A stretch of DNA of 64,000 nucleotides, taken from Eledone cirrhosa (lineage: Eukaryota). The stretch lies in assembly GCA_964016885.1 (NCBI GenBank), contig OZ024740.1:264554001-264618000 (forward strand), read 5' to 3'. Positions 54,616-64,000 of the stretch are shown here, in pieces. Below the pieces are notes generated by a model, which made no database searches, had not been told where the DNA came from, and was given only the letters and a program-made list of their open reading frames with translations. The position numbers were made by a program, and so were the translations under genes. Position 1 is the first letter of the stretch. Each line of letters starts with the position of its first letter.

Positions 54616-55766
54616 ATATATACATACCCATATCTATGTGCACATATATATATATTGTTTATGTGCTTGTGCGAGAGAGAGATAGGGGTGTGAATAAATA
54701 CATTCATATATATACAATTCGTATATTTGTTAATCATCAGAGACATCACCGAAGGTAGAAACTTACAGATCTGAATAATAAATGCCACGAAACCTGCGGA
54801 GTATTTAACCTCTTTCTCGCCCTTTTACCTCCTATTGCTCCAACCTACTTTCTCTGCTTGTCCCCCCCCCCTCTCTCTCTCACACACACCTACGCACACG
54901 CATAAACTCGCTTTATCTCTCTCACACACACACACGCACATACTCACTCTCTCTCTCCCTTCTCTTCGGCTTCACCGTCATCTTATTCTTTTATTATATC
55001 GGTTTAATTGACAGGAACAAAGAAAATCAGTATAAAAGAATTGTATTAAACTGTCCTGAAGCATTAACGAATCTGATACCTATGCTTTGGTATTGTATCT
55101 ACGAAAATATGAATAATTTTCTGTTTATTAGATTTAATGAAGCAACACAACACAATTACACACATTCATAGCCATATATAAGAGACATCCATCCGCAATT
55201 GTATTCTCATATGAATAAATGCATATACACAAATGGAGAGCTATACATTTATATATAAAAATATAGATGTTTGTGTGTATGTATAATGAAGAAACATAAG
55301 ACACGTATATAATCATAGACAAAAACACTATATATACCTCCACATATATAATCGCTTATGAATAATTGCATAAACAGTAATATTAACGATTAACTGTAAG
55401 CGTATATGTTGCTCGTGAATCCGTATATGTTTGTTTGTGTCTGTGTATATGCATACATATTTATGCATTTGTGAATATTTAGGCAGTCCAAAATCTTACA
55501 AGCATAAGAGCTGGTAGTCTTAAACTAATACCGAGTTACTTTTGATATGATCTCATAAAATATTCACTGCGCGACTTAATGTTTTGGCAAGTTATATAAA
55601 TTTATTGTATATAGTTCCATATACACATCATTCTAAATGTGACTGTCTATGTGCTATCTCTAATTAATACTATCCAGAAAAGCTTCCACTATGAGATCCT
55701 AAGCGATCAGCAAAAGTTTCGGTTACCACACCTAAAATTATTTTACGTACATACACACACACACAC

Positions 55767-58040
55767 TCACAAATATATATTTAACACAGCATCTCTCCAT
55801 TCGTCACGGTGCTTCGTCATTTCCTCAATGAGCTTCAGCGATCTGAGGTCAGCTCTCACCACCTCCGCCCATATTTTTCGCGGTCTTCTTCTATTGCGTC
55901 TTCCTACCAACGAGATTTCTTGGCACTTCTTCACCCAGCGGTGATCTTCCATGCGCATCAGATGGCCATACCAACGCAACCTTCTCTCCTGCACACTACT
56001 GTTTATCCATCTTCTACACAGTTTCACATTGACATTGCACATCCATCAGAGCATACTTGGTTCATTTCTCTCCAGCCGTCGTATATCCTCTGCAGTTGCT
56101 GCCCATGTCTCACTACCATGCAGCATCGCGCATCTCACGTAGGCATCATACAACCGACCTTTTGTTCGTAGGGAGAAACCCCTCATTGTCAACAGTGGAA
56201 GCAGCTCCCTAAACACCATCCTGTAATTATTCTAAATACTATGGCCTCGGAGCATCCTCCTCCCTTGCTAATCTGAAGCTATCAACCACCTCTATTGATC
56301 CAACCTGCATTTGAAAAATATGCCTATCATTGACACTTCTATTTTCAGTTTTCCCTGGATATCCACTGCATATGAAGTTTTCCTTTCCTGTTAGTTTTCC
56401 TGCTATCCCACTACACATCTTGTGTAGCCAATATCTGCATTGCCTACATTCTATAGAATGTATGCCAATTCCTTTTCTACATATCGGGCATGGCCATTTC
56501 CCTCATGGAATCAGAGTCTTGTTCTCTTTAGTACTTATCAACACTTTAGTTTTTGCTAGGTTCCCTCTCATTCCTCTTGATTCCAACTGCTGTTTCCAAA
56601 GCCGGAATTTATTCTCTAGCATCTCTACTGTTTCTGCTATAAGTACCAAATCCTCAGCATAGAGACGTTCCCATGGGCAGCTAGTCTTAAAGCCCTCTCT
56701 TGTGGTTTGGGGAACTATACTGAATAAGAATGGGCTGAGGACCGAACCCTGATGAAATCCTAATTGTATCTGGAATTCTTCACTAAAGTCCATTTCTACT
56801 CTCACTTTACTGACAGCTTCTCTCTACATACCTTGCACTGTCCTCACAAGCCATTCCTTTACACTTAGTTTCCTTAGGGACCACCAGATGACATATGGAG
56901 GTCCTCTATCAAAGGCCTTCTCTAGGTCAAATATAGTGGCTTATTCTTCTCTAAGAACCTCTCTTGTAGTTGTTTCACTACGGAGAGGGTATCTGTTGTA
57001 CTTTTCCCAGGCGCAAACCCAAACAGCATCTCATCTAATTTGACTTGCTCTTTAATTAGTTGTGCCACTTTCATAACCTGATCCATCAGTTTAATGTGCC
57101 TGTAGTTGTTCGTTTCCAGAGCATCTCCTTTATCTTTGTAGCATTTTACAAGAATACTGCTGCACCAGTCATTGGGTATGACTCCACCATATATAGCTTC
57201 GTTGACTATGCGTGCAGCCAGTTTAGTTCCTACTTCTGATACCATCAGCATCTCAGCAACTATCCCTGACTGTCCAGCGGCCTCACCACTTTTCAATTCC
57301 TTAATTGCCTCTTTAACACTATAGTTCTCAACATCAATAGCTGGTCCCTCTGCTGGGTCTGTTGGGGGTAGTTTCTGTCTCTCCCATTCATTTTCAACAT
57401 TCATCAGTCTCACATTTCCAGGTCTCCTTTTACTAAGCATCAGTGACGCTAAGTTCACCAGCATCATTTCGGACACATTTATCTCCCACAGCATCCTGCC
57501 TTGCAATGCGGAACACCTCACGTCTCTGATCCTCTCGTCGCAAAACATTGGCAAACCCCCTACTCTCAGCTTCCTTGCTTGCTAGGTATACCTGACGTCT
57601 AACCTCTCTTTTAGCGGCTGAGTATCGGTCTCTACTGCCCCCATTCTTCAAATAATTCCATGCTTGTCTTATGTCTTTAATGGCTCTATCTACCGTGCTG
57701 TTCCACCACCAAGTCACCCTCCGTCTGGCGGGAGCAAAGCTCCAACTATAAGTCTCCTCAATTGTGTGCAGTAGGTTGTCTCGTACGAACTTCCAGTTAT
57801 CGTCTATATCATACAATACTAATTCTTCTTTCTCGTCATACACATTTTGAAGGGCTTTCATAAATTTATATTTAAGTGAATGGTTCTTTAGCTTACAGAC
57901 CTTCCTTTTTCATACCATCCTGTGTGTTTCATTCTGTCTCTTGCTTATTGAGATTTCACTAACGACTAACCTATTTTCGGGGTTACATTCTTCCCCAGGT
58001 AATGCCATAGTATTCGGAATCGTCTGTCCATCTCGTTGCC
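55767..58040 (-). mobile_element. RTE-clade LINE, 5'-truncated, decayed
   Basis: TWWWN, GEAAGQSGIVAEML, KGDALETNNYRHIKL, FGFAPGKSTTD, HQGSVLSPFLF, YAED, RRLRWYGHLMRM...GRRNRRRPRKIW. Confidence 0.9.
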
Positions 58041-58870
58041 TAACTCATAACAGATAGCCCTCAGCTAAATATGTATAACGGAATTTTAAATAAACCTGAA
58101 TCAATTGAATATGGCCTTCGATCTTTTAATAATCTCTGTCCCTATATATATATATAAATTCAACCTAAATTCACAATCCAAATCATCGTGACTAAATACG
58201 TGACATGGGAGGACATTTCATCACAGATACAATTTATCCAAAATACTGCCTGACAGTTCCGTCTAACCATTTCTCTCACAATGCCTGGCTAAACTCGAGT
58301 CTATTGTAAAGATACTTGCTCATAGTGCCACGCTCTATGGAGGAAGACCAAACTTCATGATTGCAATGCGTCTTCGATTAAATCTACTTTTAAACAAACC
58401 GACCATATAAATGTCATAGATACACAAAAGCTTATACTTTTCTAATAGTTAATTTTTAGACACAACTCAGCCCTAATCGAGTATATTTATGCTTAAAATA
58501 CCTCTACATAGGATAAAACAAATATTATAGCATATAAAATAGCAGTAGAGTGTCAAACAAAATACATTTTCGGGCACAATATAACACAGTGTTTAAGTGC
58601 TCCGTTTTAGGCTAGAGAAATATTTGGGTGTTTCTCTTTCTACTCGAATAACCAACTACACACTTCGAAAAATGATGTAACCTTTCATACTAATTTGATA
58701 TCAATGAGGGAGATATTTTTATCGCAAATATATTGTTCACGGCTTCCCCGCAGCGAGGGCTGGTTCCGTATTACATCTACTCTTTCGTCTTTCGTATTAC
58801 ATCTGCTATTATTATGTTCTCCTTAAAAGAATCCATATGGTGTATGAAGAAAAGGAACTGGCTATAACGC

Positions 58871-59108
58871 TAACCCTTTCGTGACCATATTACTAACAAA
58901 ATACACTGGATTTCAATTCATTAGTGTAGAATTTGAAAGGATTTACTAAAAATACTTAATATTGTAATATCAAGATGGTATTTGTATTATAACTTACAAA
59001 CGGCTCTTATATATAATTGTATTGGAAAGTTATAAAACCAAAGAATTAGTGGGTTTGTTTCACTGAAAAACAAGTGGTTTTGAGCGGTTTCGTAACAAAA
59101 GCGTTTAA
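58871..59108. mobile_element. Decayed piggyBac-type MITE
   Basis: Ends TAACCCTTTCGTGAC / GTAACAAAAGCGTTTA are imperfect inverted repeats with TTAA-like flanks. Confidence 0.4.
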
Positions 59109-59460
59109 TGGGCATCTCAAGGAATTGTTAATTACTGGCCTGTGTGGTTTACAAAGTCTGTCACCAAAAAGATTTCGTTTGCAATAATTTCATTGGGAAG
59201 AATAAAATCAACGATGTTAAAAACAATTATAAATGCTTGCTTGATTAACTGAGACAAGCCATATTTGGATATATACGTTCGTTTATTTTAAGTTATTCGT
59301 GGGTTGGGAAGAAACCGAGGATGAACATCTATAGGTTCTATATCTGCAGGCTAAACATGTGTGGGAACGAACTGTCTATTCCAAGTTCACTCAAATGTGT
59401 AACTTCCCGAAATATCTCTAAACACTAAGTAGTGTTGATGTTGTGGTTCATCCCATGATT

Positions 59461-59650
59461 ACGGATTGGCAGTATCGGTAGAGAGTCGAACGCCATGCTT
59501 TGAAGCACAGAGTTACGGCCCTTTATTGTCTGAGTTCAAATCCTGCCGAGGTTAACTTTGCCTTTAATCCTTACGGGATCGATAAAATAAAGTACCAGTA
59601 ATACACTGGGATAATTGTTGGCCTTGTGTCAAAAGTAGAAACAATTATGA
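59461..59650 (+). mobile_element. tRNA-derived SINE (family A)
   Basis: TGGCAGTATCGG...GAGTTCAAATCC...ATAAAATAAAGTACCAG...GGCCTTGTGTCAAAAGTAGAAACAATTA. Confidence 0.88.
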
Positions 59651-59816
59651 TTAAAAACACTGAATATTTTATCACCGATTCTTTATATAAACCATGGTGT
59701 ATTATATGATTCTTTCCACATATAAGATATTTTGTGTGAGTTATAAGGTAGGGGAATGTTTTGCTGGCATCTCTCTAAAGTGGTGGTCGTATACGAAAGC
59801 TATTTATTATTAGCAA

Positions 59817-60038
59817 GGGCGGTGGATTGGCAATATTAGTAGGGTGTCGGACAATATGCTTTGAGGCTATGAGTTATGGCCCTTTACTTTCTGCGTTCAA
59901 ATCCCGCCGATGTTAGCTTTGCTTTTCATGCTTACGGCATCAATAAAATAAAGTACCACTCACGCACTAGGGTCTATTTCATCGACTTTCTGCTCAACCC
60001 AAATTGTTGGCTTTGTGCATAAATCAGAAATCATTATT
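59817..60038 (+). mobile_element. tRNA-derived SINE (family A, longer variant)
   Basis: Same head and core, with an extra segment before the 3' end as in the 10011 and 21229 copies. Confidence 0.82.
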
Positions 60039-60039
60039 A

Positions 60040-60232
60040 CCGGTGGATTGGTAGTATCGGTAGAGGGTCGGACGCCATGCTTTGACGCATAGAGTTACGG
60101 CCCTTGCCATTCTGAGTTCAAATCCTGCTGAGGTTAACTTTGCCTTTCATCCTTACGGGGTCGATAAAATAAAGTACCAGTAATGTATTGAGATAATTGC
60201 TGGCCTTGTGCCAAAAAGTAGAAAAAATTATT
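60040..60232 (+). mobile_element. tRNA-derived SINE (family A), directly after the tail of the previous copy
   Basis: Full head, core and 3' end. Confidence 0.88.
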
Positions 60233-61315
60233 ACCATTTTGAGCATTATAATCTTTTTTAACCCGATATAAATTAGTTTATATTTAGGAAAGAATATACT
60301 TAACACCATTAGTTTTAGATATCAGTGAAAAAGGACACCGATGCATTATTCTCTCTTTCGAGACTCTGGTACATTTTGGCTGCTCTAATTGGTTGTATTT
60401 CAGATATTTCTGTTTAGCAGAAATCACATACCATTTAGCGTCTGCTGCATATTTTTGATCTGATGTAGATTAGCCATTATTAAGGAGTGGTTAATTATTC
60501 TAATTAGAATATTTTAAATAATTGTTTTAAGTGCATAGGTAATACAAATGTTGTACTTGATTATTTCATAAACCTTTTTAGATCAGACACCCCTCAATGC
60601 TTTTGGAGCGGAGTTGCTTCTCCATCTTGGTGCGAAGCCCGCGATATGTGGTGTCTTTTCCAGCGCGTCTCCCAAGACAACCTTCAGGATAATGTCTTCG
60701 CCATCCTGTGTGTAGGAAATAAGATGCGGACAACATATTAGGGCAGATGGCTCCGGGATGTGAGTTCTTTGAGGCCATATAATTAATTCAATCCTATCAG
60801 CATTAACGATGGTTGAAAGTTGCATTATCATGAGACTTTCAGTTTACATTCTTAGATTAAAATCGAATAACAGCAAACAAAAATAAAGAGAGTTCAATGC
60901 ACGGTTAAGATGCATTTGTTGTTGTTGTATGTGAATTATTTCCCATCAGTAGAGTTAAATGTAGTAATGTAATTATAAAAAATGCTATATATGATGCAGT
61001 CTTATACATTCGATCAGTAAGCAAAGGTAACAATTCTGAAAACTCATGCAATATTAATACTCAACTGTGGTTCGCCATTTTTACTGTCTATTTAATACTT
61101 AGTTTACACTAGAAGATGTATAATAACCATGAGCTCTGTGCCCCGTTCACTTAAGTTGCAGAGGAGCACGGCAGCGTACTTGCACTAGTAATGTCGCCCA
61201 ATAGTTTGAACTGTTGCGATGCAGTACCGGGGAATTTGAAGTTTGATGGCTCAATTAAACAAATGTGCAACGCATTGGTTCGGAAAATTAGCATGAACGT
61301 GAGCTCAGAGCCTAC

Positions 61316-61387
<72 letters not shown>

Positions 61388-61513
61388 ATATATATATATA
61401 AGTATATATATATAAGTATATATATGTATATCCCGTGTTATCTTTATCTTTCTCACCTTCTTTGAAACGGTGTCTCTGTCTGTCTGCCTGTCGTTCTCTC
61501 TCCATCACTCTCC

Positions 61514-61548
<35 letters not shown>

Positions 61549-62129
61549 TCACACACACACATTAAACTTTGCGTTTCTGTGGTGTAAAATCTCTGTCACA
61601 CTGGAAAGGGGCTGGTACGAGAGTGCCTCTCTAAGGGAGGGTAAGAGAGAGAGAGAGTCAAAAAGAGAAGGGCAGTCGTGGTGTTTCTCACGAGCTTAAT
61701 AATAGGTTAGTCGTAAGGATGTACGAGTTAGAACGAAATATATATTACAATTAAAAGAAGAATTTGCTATCAAAAAGTGTCTCATGCTGTGTGTGCACGA
61801 GACAGAGGTGTATGGTCAGGGTGTATTGGTAGTACTGATGCGGATTTTTAAAAATCCTATACTGTAAAAAAATCATTTGGGAATGGAGGATAAGAATATG
61901 TGTGTGTATGTATGTGTGTGTGTGTGTTTGTGCGTTTGTGTGTGTGTGTGTATTCACGGGGCATTAAACAATTTCGTTGTAATGAAAAATTCTTTATAAC
62001 GAGGTCGACCTAACACATCGAGCGTGAGGCCGGGGATTGAAAAATAATTTCTTTATACTGAAAAATCCGTTATAATGTTATTCGTTATAATGGAATTTTA
62101 CCTATATATATATGTATATATAATTAGTA

Positions 62130-64000
62130 AATTTGTATTTCAATGTTACTAAGTAGTTGCATTGGATGGAGTCAACCGACGTCAGAGATTGCTCAACGTA
62201 TAATAAAGTGTGTTTTAAAATCCGAAGAAAATATGGAGAAGAAGTTTATGAAATGGAAATGCGGGTATAAAGAATTTATTAGGTAACAATTGTTTCTATA
62301 GTGTATGGGTTACCTATACCTCGCTATTTGAATAATATAAAAATATTATCATAAACCGAAGGTACACTGTAAGCAAACACCCCATGTCGTCAGACTTTTG
62401 TATTGGAATGATATGAAAATATTTCATACACTAGATAAAAGAGAAAGAAGGAGGTAGGAAGAGAAGGGGAAGAGGGAAGTGAGTAAGGTGGAGGGAGTCC
62501 TAGGATTTAAGACTGTCAGACTAGTAGAGATTGTAAGGAGAGAATGTTTTGGCAGCAGTTAGCTTAATGAGGCGTGTTAGGGTTGGCGGGGGAGGTAAAT
62601 TCTTCTAGTGGTGTTGTTCGGACAAAATTTAGTTAAAGGGGTCAAAGTGGTACATAGTTACAGACAAGTTATTGGGGCTATTATAGTAGCAGGTTATTTC
62701 TAAAGGGGTCCAGAAAACAGTGTTTAGTACTATTATTATAGAAAGCCATATCTTGTGTATAAACATATAAAACAGAAATTTGCAAACGGTGGTGTAAAAA
62801 GGTAACATTATATGCATTTAGAAAAAGAAAAAGTCCTTTTCAAACGATGGTTACAGTATAGTGAACGTTCAATTTCGCTGTTCAAAAGTTTGTTTACCGA
62901 CGTTAAAATGCAGTATATCTCCAAATTGCATAATTTGCAGAATCGATGATTTTGCTTATATGCAGGCGCAGATGCAATAATTTGCCAATCAAGGGAGAAT
63001 GCTTGATTGTTCCTCCGGAGCTGCCAGGCTTTATCGGCGAGGGTTGTTACGGAGCACATTTTCTCGTGCCTGATCGAAGATCGATGTTGGTATAGGCGAG
63101 CTTTGAAAGAAGTTGCGGTACATCCGACGTAATACCATTTGTTGGTTCCGGAATTTATTGTACAACATTAATAACGCAGCATGTGATATTGTTAAGAAAC
63201 TGAAAATTGACGACAGAACGGTACCCCTATCTCCAGCTACACCGACTTTTAATCTGAAGGACCATAAGGATAACTTCGATACTAACCCTAAAATTAGATT
63301 AGTATGTCCTTCAAAGTCCGATATGGGTAGAATCAGTAAGTAAATATTAGATCGTATTATCCCCCAAGTTGAGGCTAAGGTAGATATTAAATTATGGGGT
63401 AATACTCAACAGGCAATAAGATGGTTCAATAACATTAGGGACAAAAACAAATCTTCTTTTATTCAATTCGATATAGATGAATACTATTCCTCTATTTCAC
63501 CCGAGACCCTGCATAAGGCCTTCTCTTTCGCTAAGACTAACTCGGACCTCACAAACGAGGAAATTAATATTATACTTGAAGCTAGACGCACAGTAGTGCA
63601 CTTTGAAAATAGTTATTGGGTCCGCAGAGATAGACACTCGGAATTCGACATTACGATGGGTGCTAATGATTCGGCGGAGGTCACGGATCTGGTTGGGATC
63701 TATATAGCCCACAGACTCCAGAGTGAATTTACGGACCTCCACGGCGGAATATACCGCGACGATACACTTCTATTAGTCAAGAATATGAACAAACAAAACC
63801 TAGAAAGGCGACTTAAAAACATTAGGAAACTTTTCTTAGAACTAGGGCTTAATATTACCTTCGAACAAAATCTTAAGGTGGTCAACTTCTTGGATGTCAC
63901 CTTCAACCTTAATAACGGTAATATAGAGCCATTTCACAAACTTAATGAACATCTTAAGTACGGTAATGTAAAATCAAACCATCCCCATTCCATTATTAAA
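62130..64000. mobile_element. Penelope-like element (Naiad-like): plus-strand RT (63113 to window end) preceded by an inverted 3' end (GIY-YIG C-terminus and terminal repeat, ~62130-63110, minus)
   Basis: Plus: LKDHKDNF...RLVCPSKSDMGRISK, IQFDIDEYY, FDITMGANDSAEVTDLVG, GIYRDD, NFLDVTF, SNHP. Minus: LADKAWQLR...CKLCNLE. Confidence 0.9.

Noticed and set aside
54715-54810. CTGATGA on the minus strand and GCCACGAAAC on the plus strand
   Set aside because: Only half-motifs; no complete three-helix fold on either strand.
59461-60232. tRNA genes
   Set aside because: The A/B boxes belong to SINE heads; no cloverleaf is present.

Overview
AT-rich, microsatellite-dense eukaryotic DNA with no confidently recognisable host gene. 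The repeat content suggests an invertebrate, plausibly an octopus/cephalopod; this is an inference only. The window is a mosaic of decayed retroelements: three Tx1/L1-clade LINE copies, several Penelope-like elements (PLEs; RT plus GIY-YIG, with inverted terminal copies), RTE-clade LINE fragments, tRNA-derived SINEs and MITEs. The main unexplained signal is RNA structure. Reading by eye finds more than a dozen type I hammerhead ribozyme (HHR) motifs. The best case is a non-coding ~518-bp x3.8 tandem array (42585-44643) in which every unit carries an intact minus-strand HHR with an unusually long (~26 bp) helix III. This looks like a retrozyme-type element predicted to release 518/526-nt monomers that could circularise. 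A second structure (30573-34368) has ~350-bp HHR-bearing inverted repeats around RT-less cargo that includes a BTB/BACK-like ORF. Several HHRs have variant cores (U3-A8 swap, U4A, A13C). All folds were derived by hand and need computational and biochemical confirmation.
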